Under the pieces are notes generated by a model. That model searched no databases. It was not told where the DNA came from and saw nothing but the letters and a program-made list of their open reading frames with translations. Both the position numbers and the translations under genes were made by a program. A stretch of DNA of 64,000 nucleotides from Eledone cirrhosa (Eukaryota): positions 42,036,001 to 42,100,000 of the forward strand of contig OZ024757.1 in NCBI GenBank assembly GCA_964016885.1. Reading direction: 5' to 3'. This document shows positions 15,141-30,083 of this stretch, piece by piece (within the stretch, counting starts at the first letter, position 1; every line of letters begins with the position of its first letter).

Positions 15141-16887
15141 CATATATATATATATATATATACACATTTATATAAATATACATATATATGTGTGTGTGTA
15201 TGTGTGTGTGTGGTGGCAGTGATGATGGTTGTGGTGTTGGTTGTGGTGATGTTTGAGGAAGCCATCACCACCATCACCACCACCACAACCACCACCACAA
15301 CCATGCTGATTATATAAAACAGATTAATATAGATCTTGGGATTAAACAACCAATGTAAAAGTCAAAAAAACATATTTGGGGCAGTAATTTAAAATATCAA
15401 GTGGGGGGTGAGGGGTGAGAGGGGGGCTGTGAGAGAGGGGCAGGGGGCTGTGAGAGAGAGGGGAAGGCTGTGAGAGAGACGGAGGCTGTAAGAGGGGTGG
15501 CTGTGTGAGAGGGGTGGCTGTGTGAGAGGGGGTGGCTGTGTGAGAGGGGGGTTGTGAGAGGGGTGGCTGTGAGAGAGGGGGGTTGTGAGAGGGGGGGGAG
15601 AAAGAGAGGAAAATGAAAGAAAAAAGAAAGAAAGTGAGAAAGAAGGGAGGAAAGAAGGAAGGAAGACCAGACAAAAGAATTTGTCTTGGATTATTTAAGA
15701 CAATAAAAACAAAATTTAAAGAAATCTCCAAATTGAATCTGAAGAAGAGAAGGATTTAAACTGTCCGAGAGATTGTTTATAAACAAACAACAACAACAAC
15801 AACACTACTACTAATAACAACAACAACAACAATAATGGTAATAATAATAATAATAATAATGATGATAATAATAATAATAATGTTGTTTTCTTTAATGATT
15901 TCTAAAATGCATTAATGAAATTTAAATTGATTTTCGTCTACTTGACTAATTCTTTATTTTAACGATTCTCGAGAAAGACAAAGTCGACTTGGTAAAATTT
16001 TAATTAAGAGTGTAAAATAGAGACACAGCAAAATAATGGAAGGTATTTTATTCTTCATTTTATAAATTGTACTAATACACAAGCTTGTAAAACATGTCTA
16101 TTTTATGTGGTATGGTACATGGTCTTGTAACTGTTGAGGAGTTGTACAGGTGCTGTATTGGCACATGGTGTCTCTAAGGAATTTGTTTTAAACCTGGTGG
16201 AGCCCATCTCTCCTCTCCAGGTCTGAATACAGTAGATTTATTCCAGAGAAGGATGGAGAAAGAGTGTGAGAGAATGGAAGTGAAAAAGAGATATAGAGAA
16301 AGAATCGAGTCCAGTACTTGACTGGTACTTTTTTATCGACCATTAATCATTCATCACCATTGAATGAAACAGTTCTAGTCCTGTAGAAGCCATTTCTATA
16401 TTAAACTTGATGTTTACACTCTACTAATGTATTGAGTAATTTACTTACTGTGGTTGCCTCCGATCAAACCTGGGACTCTCATACACACAACATATGTGTT
16501 AGTTGTTTGGTACTTTTTTATCGACCATTAATGGCTGGAAGGCAAAGTTGACCTCAGCAGGATTTGACCTCAGAGATCAGAGAGCTGGAAAGAATACTAC
16601 AAAGCATTCAACTTGTAACAACTTTTTTGAAGAAACGCTGATATGAACTCAAGCTTTTATTTATTCAAACTCCAACTCTGGTTAGTTTGACCATTAATCA
16701 AGGCTAAATAATTTTCTAGTGTGGGAAACAATCTTCTCCTGATTCCATAATGAAAGTCTTTCAATAAAATACTGTTTTATTTCTTTATATACATTGGTGG
16801 GGCTTGTAGTCACTTAAATATATATTATCACAATACCTTCAAAATTGCCTCGAAACACAAAATGAAAATATAAATATAGATGTACCA

Positions 16888-17607
16888 ATATACATATATA
16901 TATATATATATACATACACATATATATATATATATATACATATACACATATATATATACATATACACATATATATATACATATACACATATATATATACA
17001 TATACACATATATATATATATATACACATATATATATATATATACACATATATATATATACATATATATATACACATATATATATATATATACACATATA
17101 TATACACATATATATATATATACACATATATATATATATACATATATACACATATATATATATATATGTATATATATATACACATATATATATGTATGTA
17201 TATATATATACATACACATATATATATATATATACATATATATATACATACACATATATATATATATAAATATATATATATACACATATATATATATATA
17301 CATATATATATATACACATATATATATATACACATATATATATATATACATATATATATATACACATATATATATATATGTACATATATATACATACACA
17401 TATATATATATGTACATATATATATATACACATATATATATATGTACATATATATATATACACATATATATATATACACATATATATATATATACATATA
17501 TATATATACACATATATATATATATGTATATATATATACATACACATATATATATGTATATATATATACATACACATATATATATGTATATATATATATA
17601 CATACAC

Positions 17608-17638
<31 letters not shown>

Positions 17639-17762
17639 CATACACATATATATATATATATATGTATATATATACACATATATATATATATGTATATATA
17701 TACACATATATATATATATATATGTATATATATACACATATATATGTATATATATACACATA

Positions 17763-17802
<40 letters not shown>

Positions 17803-17814
17803 TATATATATATG

Positions 17815-17890
<76 letters not shown>

Positions 17891-18979
17891 ATCTATAAAA
17901 GGTTTTAGTATATACATAACCATAAATAGTATCCTTAATACTATTAATACTATGTATATATATATACATATATATACATATATATATATACATATATATA
18001 TATACATATATATATATACATATATATATATATACATATACATACATATATATACATATACATACATATATATACATATACATACATATATATACATATA
18101 CATACATATACATACATATATATACATATACATACATATATATACATATACATACATATATATACATATACATACATATATATACATATACATACATATA
18201 CATATATACATACATATATATACATATACATACATATACATATATACATATATATACATATATATACATATATATACATATACATATATATACATATACA
18301 TATATATAATATATACATATATATACATATATATACATATATATACATATACATACATATATATACATATATATACATATACATATATATACATATACAT
18401 ATATATACATATACATATATATACATATATATACATATACATACATATACATATATATACATATACATACATATATATACACATATATACATATTTATAC
18501 ATATATATACATATATATATATACATATATATATATACATATATATACACATATATATATATACATATATATACATATATATATATACATATATATACAT
18601 ATATATACATATATATATACATATACATATATATACATATATAAAGAATGAATAATAACAGGTAGACATCATAAAAAGGTAATTTATTCCGTGTGCTTAC
18701 AAGTGTTTCCACGGTGGTACTGCAGCCATATATATATACACATATATACATATACATATATATACATATACATATATATACATATATATACATATATATA
18801 TACATATACATATATATACATATATATATATACATATATATATACATATATATATATACATATATATATACATATATATACATATATATATATATACATA
18901 TATATACAAATATATACATATATATATACATATATATATATATATACATATATATACAAATATATACATATATATATAC

Positions 18980-19014
<35 letters not shown>

Positions 19015-19103
19015 CATATATATACAAATATATACATATATATATACATATATATATATATACATATATATACATATATATATACATATACATATACATA
19101 TAC

Positions 19104-19154
<51 letters not shown>

Positions 19155-21519
19155 CATATACATATATATATATACATATACATATATATATATACATATA
19201 TATATACATATATATACATATATATATACCTATATATACGTATATATATATACATACACATATATATACATATACATACATATACATATACATACATATA
19301 CATACATATATATATACATACATATACATACATATATATATACATATACATACATATATATATACATATATTGTTATACTTGGGGAGGGTCATATTTGTG
19401 AAATATTGCCAGAATTAATAACAGAACACACTCACTGTTTGGTTGGTTTTCGCTTCTCGCTGTCTTTTATATCTGCGATCTAACTTACTCGGTCCTCAAT
19501 GTTGCCATTGACTGACCGACGGTCAAAAATAATACAGATACAATATAGACACAAACACATATATATAGTTTATCAAAGTTCTTTCGTTGCACATCTGCAA
19601 CATCGTCAGTGGTGTTATATTTTTTCCTCCTTTTGTGTTGTATGTCTACGCCATATACATATACATGTACATGTACATATACATGTATATATACATATAC
19701 ATGTATATATATACATATACATATACATGTATATATACATATACATGTATATATACATATACATGTATATATACATATACATGTATATATACATATACAT
19801 GTATATATACATATACATGTATATATACATATACATATATATATACATATACATATACATATACATATATATATACATATACATATACATATACATATAT
19901 ATATACATATACATGTATATATACATATACATGTATATATACATATACATACATATATACATATATATATACATATACATACATATATACATATACATGT
20001 ATATATACATATACATGTATATATACATATACATACATATATATATATACATGTATATATACATATACATGTATATATACATATACATGTATATATACAT
20101 ATACATGTATATATACATATACATGTATATATACATATACATGTATATATACATATACATGTATATATACATATACATGTATATATACATATACATGTAT
20201 ATATACATATACATGTATATATACATATACATGTATATATACATATACATACATATACATGTATATATACATATACATACATATATACATATACATGTAT
20301 ATATACATATACATACATATATATATATACATGTATATATACATATACATGTATATATACATATACATGTATATATACATATACATGTATATATAAATAT
20401 ACATGTATATATACATATACATGTATATATACATATACATGTATATATACATATACATGTATATATACATATACATGTATATATACATATACATATAAAT
20501 ATACATATACATATACATATACATATATAAATATACATGTATATATACATATACATATATATATACATATACATATATATATACATATACATATATATAT
20601 AAATATACATGTATATATACATATACATATATATATAAATATACATGTATATATACATATACATATATATATAAATATACATGTATATATACATATACAT
20701 GTATATATACATATACATATATATATAAATATAAATGTATATATACATATACATGTATATATACATATACATATATATATACATATACATATATATACAT
20801 ATACATGTATATATACATATACATGTATATATACATATACATGTATATATACATATACATGTATATATACATATACATGTATATATACATATACATGTAT
20901 ATATACATATACATGTATATATACATATACATGTATATATACATATACATGTATATATACATATACATGTATATATACATATACATGTATATATACATAT
21001 ACATGTATATATACATATACATGTATATATACATATACATGTATATATACATATACATACATATACATGTATATATACATATACATACATATACATGTAT
21101 ATATACATATACATACATATAAACATATATATATACATATACATATACATATATATATACATATACATATATATATACATATACATATATATATACATAT
21201 ATATATACATATATATATATATACATATATATATACATATATATATATATACATATATACATATATATATATATACATATACATACATATATATACATAT
21301 ACATACATATATATACATATACATACATATATATACATATATATACATATACATATATATATACATATACATGTACATGTATATATACATATACATGTAC
21401 ATGTATATATACATATACATATATATATACATGTACATGTATATATACATTATACATACTTATATATATACATATACATGTATATATACATATACATGTA
21501 TATATACATATACATGTAT

Positions 21520-21551
<32 letters not shown>

Positions 21552-21608
21552 GTATATATACATATAGATACATATATATATACATATATATATATATATG
21601 TATATATA
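16888..21608. repeat. Giant (TA)n/(CATA)n/18-bp TATATATACATATACATG compound microsatellite with three unique islands
   Basis: About 4.7 kb of almost pure purine-pyrimidine alternation; it is the source of the long YI-rich pseudo-ORFs. Confidence 0.95.
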
Positions 21609-22117
21609 AGAGAAAATTTAATAAGAAAAACAATCTTTTGATTATTCTGGATTTAGAAAAAGCAATTATAGTTTGTCAAGGTGTTCATTAAAAGACAAAA
21701 GAGAGAGACAAGAAGGGGGGAGGGGGAGATGAGGAGAGGAGGGGAGGGGGAAGGGGGGGAGGGGGAGAAATCAATAAAGATTCTTTTTTTCGTTTTTTCT
21801 TTATAACAGTCAAGAGTGTTATTTGAAGAGGAGGACACTCACACATCATTATCATAACCTCCACCTCCACCACCACTACCACCACCTCCACAACCACCAC
21901 CACCACCACCACCACCTCCACCACCACCACCAACCCACCACCACCTCCACCACCACCACCACCACAACCACCACCACCACCACCAACAGCACCACCACCA
22001 CCTCCACCCCCACCTCCACCACCACCACCTCCACCACTACCACTTCCACCACCACCACCATCATAACCACCACCATCATCATTATCATGTTCAAATAGGA
22101 AAAACAGATTAAGAGGA

Positions 22118-22235
22118 TATCACCAACATCACTATCACCAACATCACTATCACCAACATCACTATCACCAACATCACTATCACCAACATCACTATCACCA
22201 ACATCACTATCACCAACATCACTATCACCAACATC
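22118..22235. repeat. 15-bp minisatellite (atcaccaacatcact)
   Basis: About 8 tandem copies. Confidence 0.9.
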
Positions 22236-22767
22236 AAACAAACATGCTGCTGCTGCTGCTAGTCAACATTCTAAAAATACGTCCTTCAGTAAACATTTAT
22301 TAAAGATAAGGAGAGGAGGGGGGGGGGGGGGACAGAAACACAAACTGTTCAAGAAAATTATTATTATTGACATTATTATTATTATTGTTGTTGTTGTTGT
22401 TGTTGTAATACGAAGGTCGAGAGAACTCTTCTGTAGTGTCAAGGTCATACCAACTTCCTTTATTATGTTGGCACGATCATAAAAATGCACCCAGTACACT
22501 CTGTAAATGGCTGCAGTGTGATTCAAACCAATGGAACTACCTATGTATAGACACATGTACTCTCGACATCGTTCTCAGGGAGATTCAGCATGACAAGACT
22601 GGCCTTTTGAAGAACAATTCATTTTTTGTTTGACAGCTGAGTGGACTGGAACAAATCAAAATAAAATAAAGTGTCTTGCTCAAGGAGACAATACCCTACC
22701 CAATCTGGGAATTGAACTCATGTATATATATACTAGAACTGTTTCATTCAAAAGAAATCATCAATCA

Positions 22768-22823
22768 GGCTTTTCTGATGATTTCTTTTGAATGAAACAG
22801 TTCTAGTCCTGTTCTGTAGAAGT
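22768..22823 (+). ncRNA. Hammerhead ribozyme motif, family B, within a 32-bp-arm inverted repeat
   Basis: GGCTTTT-CTGATGA-tttcttttgaat-GAAA-CAG...CTG-TA-GAAGT; 22732-22763 is the exact reverse complement of 22776-22807. Confidence 0.55.
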
Positions 22824-24209
22824 AATTTCTATATTAAACATATTTACACTCTACTAATGTATTGAGTACCTTACTAACTGTGGTTACCCCCAACTGAACC
22901 CAACACACACACATATATATAAACCTGATGGGATTCAGCCTAGTTTCTGTCTACCAAATTCCACACACACAATGTTTTGGGGTGTTTTTTTTTGCTTTTT
23001 TTATTTTATTTTCTTCCTATTTTTACTAGTTAATATGAATTCAAAAACCAGAATAATTTTCCGATAATTCTTAATGACTGCACCAGTGCCACTGCACCAG
23101 TGCCACTGCACCAGTGCCACTGCACCAGTGCCACTGCACCAGTGCCACTGCGACATAATAATGACTGCACCAGTGCCACTGCGACAATACTAATAGTTTT
23201 CCAGAAGAAGGACCGTGATCTTCATAATAATTCTTTCAGTTCAAGTGTCATTCTCCATTTAATTAAATGTCTTGAAGAAAGCAAAGGTGTTGTTAATAGC
23301 CTCTCAACAAGATGACCTTCACTTCAAGATGATAGAATTTATGTTGTCAATGAAGCGGCAAAAATGCTAGAGTTAATTATTTATTGGAAAAATGTCCATT
23401 GGGAATAATTTCACCTTGTGTACTGATTCTATCATACAATGGTGTAATGGCAGAGATTTTCAATATGTGTGATATCAAACACGTGTGTGTGATATCAGAC
23501 ACATCTGTGTTTTATATCACACACATAAGAGAGTCAAATACACACATGTGTGATATCAAACACATAAGAGAGTCAAACACGTGTGTGATATCAAAAACAT
23601 GTGTGTGATATCAAACACATGTGTGTGATATCAAACACACGTGTGATATCAAACACACGTGTGTGATATCACACACACGTGTGTGATATCAAACATACGT
23701 GTGTGATATCAAAGACACGTGTGTGATATCAAACACACATATAACAGAGTCAAACACATGTTTAACAGAATCGTTGGTGGATATGTTTCACGGACACACA
23801 GGAATCGAACCCACGACATTATGATCATAAGTCCTACACCCTTACCACTAGGCCACTCACCTCCATTATGGAATCCAACCAAAGAAATTAACCTAAATTA
23901 TTGAAATAATTACATTTTTAATATTTATTTAAAAGAAGATCAGTGAAGGAAGGGAATTATTATAGGCAACTGTTGATTAATTAATGGACTTTTATCAATA
24001 TAATATCAATACCAATCAGATGAGCTAGGGCAAAGAGGATCAATTGTTAAAACAATCTAATTAAATCAATTACTTAGATTCTTCTAGAATTGAGAATTAT
24101 TTTATTAGATATGAAATTGAAAATTATTATTGACTTTATTTTTTATTTTTGTTGGTATTTTTTTTTATTTTGTTTCTGTACTCAAAATCCAATTTTTCTT
24201 CAACAGCCT

Positions 24210-25952
24210 TTGAATGTCTCGATCAGGCTTGTGTATGTCTCGATCAGGCTTGTGAATGTCTCGATCAGGCTTGTGAATGTCTCGATCAGGCTTGTGAATG
24301 TCTCGATCAGGCTTGTGAATGTCTCAATCAGGCTTGTGAATGTCTCAATCAGGCTTGTGAATGTCTCAATCAGGCTTGTGAATGTCTCAATCAGGCTTGT
24401 GAATGTCTCGATCAGGCTTGTGAATGTCTCGATCAGGCTGGTGAATGTCTCGATCAGGCTGGTGAATGTCTCGATCAGGCTGATGAATGTCTCGATCAGG
24501 CTGATGAATGTCTCGATCAGGCTTGTGAATGTCTCGATCAGGCTGGTGAATGTCTCGATCAGGCTTGTGAATGTCTCGATCAGGCTTGTGAATGTCTCAA
24601 TCAGGCTTGTGAATGTCTCAATCAGGCTTGTGAATGTCTCAATCAGGCTTGTGAATGTCTCGATCAGGCTTGTGAATGTCTCGATCAGGCTTGTGAATGT
24701 CTCGATCAGGCTGGTGAATGTCTCGATCAGGCTGGTGAATGTCTTGATCAGGCCTGTGAATGTTTCGATCAGGCTTGTGAATGTCTCAATCAGGCTTGTG
24801 AATGTCTCAATCAGGCTTGTGAATGTCTCAATCAGGCTTGTGAATGTCTCAATCAGGCTTATGTCTCGATCAGGCTGATGATTGCCTCGATCAGGCTTGT
24901 GAATGTCTCAATCAGGCTTGTGAATGTCTCGATCAGGCTGATGAATGCCTCGATCAGGCTGATGAATGCCTCGATCAGGCTTGTGAATGTCTCGATCAGG
25001 CTTGTGAATGTCTCGATCAGGCTGATGAATGCCTCGATCAGGCTGGTGAATGTCTCGATCAGGCTGGTGAATGTCTCGATCAGGCTTGTGAATGTCTCGA
25101 TCAGGCTTATGAATGTCTCGATCAGGCTGATGAATGCCTCGATCAGGCTTGTGAATGTCTCGATCTGGCTTATGAATGTCTCGTTCAGGCTTATGAATGT
25201 CTCGATCAGACTGATGAATGCCTCGATCAGGCTTGTGAATGTCTCAATCAGGCTTATGTCTCGATCAGGCTGATGATTGCCTCGATCAGGCTTGTGAATG
25301 TCTCAATCAGGCTTGTGAATGTCTCGATCAGGCTGATGAATGCCTCGATCAGGCTGATGAATGCCTCGATCAGGCTTGTGAATGTCTCGATCAGGCTTGT
25401 GAATGTCTCGATCAGGCTGATGAATGCCTCGATCAGGCTGGTGAATGTCTCGATCAGGCTGATGAATGCCTCGATCAGGCTGGTGAATGTCTCGATCAGG
25501 CTTGTGAATGTCTCGATCAGGCTTATGAATGTCTCGATCAGGCTGATGAATGCCTCGATCAGGCTTGTGAATGTCTCGATCTGGCTTATGAATGTCTCGT
25601 TCAGGCTTATGAATGTCTCAATCAGACTGATGAATGCCTCGATCAGGCTTGTGAATGTCTCGATCAGGCTTGTGAATGTCTCGATCAGGCTTGTGAATGT
25701 CTCGATCAGGCTTGTGAATGTCTCGATCAGGCTTGTGAATGTCTCGATCAGGCTAGTGAATGTCTCGATCAGGCTAGTGAATGTCTCGATCAGGCTTGTG
25801 AATGTCTCGATCAGGCTGATGAATGCCTCGATCAGGCTTGTGAATGTCTCGATCAGGCTGGTGAATGCCTCGATCAGGCTTGTGAATGTCTCGATCAGGC
25901 TGGTGAATGCCTCGATCAGGCTTGTGAATGTCTCGATCAGGCTTGTGAATGT
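24210..25952. repeat. 21-bp minisatellite (tgaatgtctcgatcaggcttg), ~80 copies
   Basis: Highly homogeneous tandem array; gives the ECLDQAC / NVSIRLV pseudo-ORFs. Confidence 0.95.
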
Positions 25953-26465
25953 CAGGAGTAGGTTTAACAATCTGTCCATTAGTAAAGATACTATAAACAT
26001 TTGAATTAACAAACCTATTTTTAGATATATTCTGATAAATCATTACAGGACATAAAAGTGATGATATGAAACCTAACCTCACCATTTCTTTCCATCTGCC
26101 ATAAATATTCTCCACAGTCTTGGGTATTATACTTTGTTCCTCCCACCAGCTAATGTCTTCACTGACCAGCCTCTCTCTCTCTCACTCACTTCACTCATGC
26201 TCAATCTATCATTCAGACATCATTTCTTCTCAGTCTCCACAGATCATGTACATTTAATGATACATGTCCTCTTTATCACTAAAAGTCTCTATCAACCAGT
26301 CAACCATGAAATCAGAATGAGAGACATCTTAGTTGAGATAGCTGTGAGAATGAGCCAGCTTTCATGGATCAATTTACAACAGCTGCTGGCAGTGAGCTTT
26401 TAAAGTGTTTCTACTTCAGTCAATATTCCAGTATTTTAACCAAAGTCCAACATTTCAAGCAGTCT

Positions 26466-26708
26466 TTAACCCTTTAGTATTTACATTGCTCTATATAAAT
26501 ACTATTATATTTACTAATGTATTTTCACAGTAAAGGCTTTACCTCACATAATTATCTCACATGATATCGAATCTTTGAGATTTTAATATTATTTATTTTG
26601 AGAACAATGCCTTAACATCAGTATGAGTGGCCAGTTACAGCTGGTTTGAACAGAAAGAGGTGAGAGAATTCTGGCAGCTTATGGCGGGTTTGAATGCTAA
26701 AGGGTTAA
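26466..26708. mobile_element. TTAA-flanked (piggyBac-like) MITE
   Basis: ttaa-ccctttagtattta ... tgaatgctaaaggg-ttaa. Related copies at ~1541-1724, 35337-35519, 48299-48497 and 62807-63019. Confidence 0.7.
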
Positions 26709-26781
26709 AGTTTATCATAAACCAGACTCTCTCAGCACAGAATATTATTTGTTCCCTAGTAGTGGTGATAGTAGTAGTAGT

Positions 26782-26819
<38 letters not shown>

Positions 26820-27620
26820 CAGCAGCAGTAGTATTAGTAGTAGCAGTAGTAGTAGTAGTAGTAGTAGAGGTGGTGGTGGCAAGGATGAATGGCAAAGCTA
26901 GCCTCGGCAGTATTTGAACTCAGAATGTAAAGGACCATAACGCTATGCCGTAAAAAGCATTCTGCCAATCCACTGCCCTTGGTTTCTGATGTTGGGCACA
27001 GGGCCAACAATTTTGGGAGAAGAGAGGGGAAAAGTCGATTAAATCAACAAATCTCCAGTGTATTACTGGTACTTTATTTTATCAACTCCGGAAGGATGAA
27101 AGGCAAAGTTAACCTCGGCAGGATTTGAACTCAGAACGTAAAGGGCCTTAACTCTATGCCGCAAAAAGTATATATTATCCGACACTCTTCCGATTCTACT
27201 GCCAACCCACGTCCTTTACTTGCACTGTAATAATGATGAACACAGATAAATATCTCCCCCCCCCCAAAAAAAAAAACAAGAACTTTGCTTCTTTCTTTGT
27301 ATATTTTGGTTTGTTTCTGTTGTTTTCTCCACAATACAATTCTCTCAAATCTTGTCGGTATCCCACCATTTATAACATTCTTACTAAATATTACTATGAC
27401 GGTAACAAAACAATATTGGTATTTTGTCTGAGAGTGAGAGAGCCTAAAATAAACAACTATTTTATATACAAGGAGTTTCTTTTTTTCAACACACTGATGT
27501 GTGTGTGTGTGTTTATGTATGTGTGTGTGTGTTTATGTATGTGTGTGTGAGTGCATAAGCATTCATTTATATGTATGAGTGTATAAATAGAAACGTGCTG
27601 GTAAGTATATGTGTGTGTGT

Positions 27621-27701
<81 letters not shown>

Positions 27702-28443
27702 TGAGTGTATGTGTGTGTGTGAGTGCATATGCATACATTTATATGTATGAGTATATAAATATAATCATGCAAACACAGACACACTTACAAATACACACTC
27801 AGACATACATTTACACAAACAAACACACATTGACACAAAGACACACATACATACACAAACACACGCACACGTTTACACACACAGCGTAGCAAATAGAACA
27901 CCAACCGCTGTTTTGCACCATCCCCTTCCTTCCTTTTACACCCACATACATTCACACAAACACACACACACACTCAGACACATATACATTCACAAAAGCA
28001 CATTCACACACACACACACCGTGTGACAGAAGGATGGAAGTCACACAAATTTATATATAGAAAAATATCACCAGAGAGAACATAAATAACAACAACAGCA
28101 GCAGCAACAACAAAAACAGCAACAACAGCAGCAGCAACTAAACAATACAATGTCATTCTTCAAGTTCACTGAATCACTGGGTGGTTGTTGTTGTTTGGGA
28201 GGAGAGGAGGGTGTGCAGTGTTTAGGGAATGGCAGGTGAAGAACCTTCAGTTTACAGCAGTTAAAGACTTTGAGAGAAGAACTCTCTAGAGACATTAGCT
28301 GGTTCTTCCTCTCAACAATTGTAATTATAGTGCCACAGTCTATTAGTCACAACATAGAGTAGAACATTTAGACTGTAATAGATATGATATGATATATATA
28401 TCCTTCTTACATATATACATGTATGTGTGTGTATATATGTATA

Positions 28444-28490
<47 letters not shown>

Positions 28491-28669
28491 TCATCGTTTA
28501 ACGTCTATTTTCCAGTTAGCATGTGTTTAGACGGGAATTGTCCCACAGTGTCGACTGGGAGCTTTTTACCGTGTTACCTACACAACCACATTACAGCGTG
28601 GACTGTTTTTTTTTTAAATATATATATATCCTCCTTACATATATATATACGTATGTGTGTGTGTGTATG

Positions 28670-28720
<51 letters not shown>

Positions 28721-28726
28721 TATAAG

Positions 28727-28870
28727 GGTGAAGGCGCATGGCTTAGTGGTTAGAGCATTGGGCTTGCAATCGAAAAGTTGTGAGTTCAATTCTCGGACCG
28801 GGTGATGTGTTGTTTCCTTGAGCAAGACACTTTATTTCACGTTGCTCCAGTTTACTTAGCTGTGGGATGG
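28727..28870 (+). mobile_element. tRNA-derived CORE-like SINE
   Basis: A box TGGCTTAGTGG, B box GAGTTCAATTC, then CORE-like ccttgagcaagacactttatttcac. Reverse copies at ~6870-6995, 11410-11540, 31020-31150 and 35930-36050. Confidence 0.75.
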
Positions 28871-29081
28871 TGTTATCTTATAGCTAAAACAGCACGACGT
28901 GCTGTGACCAGCAGCGCCCGACAGACTGGTCGGTGAAGGTGATCAAGGTGATATACTATAAGGATAAGGAACAAGGATTCAGTGTTGCATCATAACATAT
29001 TTAATAACATATTACATATGTTTCACTATCGATCAGCTCGAGATATGTATATATGTATATATATATATGTATATATGTATG

Positions 29082-29116
<35 letters not shown>

Positions 29117-29231
29117 ATATATGTGTATGTATGTGTGCAAAAAACTAAACAGAAATAACAAAACAAATGACTACCATGAAGAAATATATTAGTTTAGCAT
29201 TTGATACAGTAGGAAAAGAGTTTTAACATTT

Positions 29232-29264
<33 letters not shown>

Positions 29265-29394
29265 GGAAAGTTATATTTAAATTGTTGGGTTAACAACGAG
29301 TAAATATTTATAACTGATATAAAAGCACTCAACAAGTATTTGGAGTATATTTATGATATTAAATAAATGGAAACTATATTTATAAAACCATATT

Positions 29395-29460
29395 TATTTC
29401 ATTATATATATTTCAGGGATATCATATTAACAATATGTTATGCCTTCTTCAGACAAAATA
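29395..29460 (-). ncRNA. Minimal type I hammerhead ribozyme, family A (left arm of palindrome)
   Basis: Reverse complement of 29619-29684. Confidence 0.7.
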
Positions 29461-29618
29461 CAATATAAACAGTCTTATAAATAAATAGATACGACATACC
29501 TTTCAATCGACTTGCATTTGGGAGGTTGATTTGGCAGAATTCTGCCAAATCAACCTCCCAAATGCAAGTCGATTGAAAGGTATGTCGTATCTATTTATTT
29601 ATAAGACTGTTTATATTG

Positions 29619-29684
29619 TATTTTGTCTGAAGAAGGCATAACATATTGTTAATATGATATCCCTGAAATATATATAATGAAATA
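29619..29684 (+). ncRNA. Minimal type I hammerhead ribozyme, family A
   Basis: Helix I TATTTTGT/ATGAAATA (2 G-U), CTGAAGA, helix II AGG..CATATT-gtt-AATATG..CCT, GAAA, palindromic helix III TATATA, AUA triplet (cleavage after 29676). Confidence 0.7.
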
Positions 29685-29721
29685 AATATGGTTTTATAAA
29701 TATAGTTTCCATTTATTTAAT

Positions 29722-29762
<41 letters not shown>

Positions 29763-29850
29763 GATGAAGAACCCAAGAACACAGACTTCGTCCGTTCCCA
29801 TGTCGGTTCAATTTGGATTGCCTCGGAAACATAACCTTATTATGTAACAA

Positions 29851-29924
29851 GCTGTCTGACGATGTCGCGACACTGGTGCACGGAACAGTGTGACTACTGT
29901 CGTCATTGAAATATATATCACAGC
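29851..29924 (+). ncRNA. Minimal hammerhead ribozyme motif (divergent family)
   Basis: Helix I GCTGT/ACAGC, CTGACGA, helix II containing CACTG/CAGTG, GAAA-TATATA-TC; base of helix II imperfect. Confidence 0.55.
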
Positions 29925-30052
29925 ATTATTATTAAAAGACTTGAACATCTGAAACTACTTCGCTTTTCCTTATTCGATATTTACTCCGTCACTCCTATGT
30001 GGAATAAGTACGTTGAGTGCTTGAATTGAATTGCATCAATGTTTACCCTAAG

Positions 30053-30083
<31 letters not shown>

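Larger units (their letters stand above)
29352..29727. repeat. 376-bp spacerless palindrome (Penelope-like fold-back element)
   Basis: Arms of 188 bp are reverse complements centred in GAATTC (29537-29542); no mismatch found by eye. Confidence 0.9.

Noticed and set aside
16814-21691. Very long YI/IY/HI-rich ORFs (up to 859 aa)
   Set aside because: Translations of TA/CA microsatellite that lack stops by composition; open in multiple frames on both strands.
23782-23865. tRNA gene on the minus strand (A box TGGCCTAGTGG, B box GGTTCGATTCC)
   Set aside because: No convincing acceptor stem; matches the SINE head seen at 28727.
24090-26012. Cys-rich ECLDQAC repeat protein or CRISPR-like array
   Set aside because: Pure 21-bp tandem repeat with no spacers, frame-shifting truncated units and no unique flanking coding sequence.
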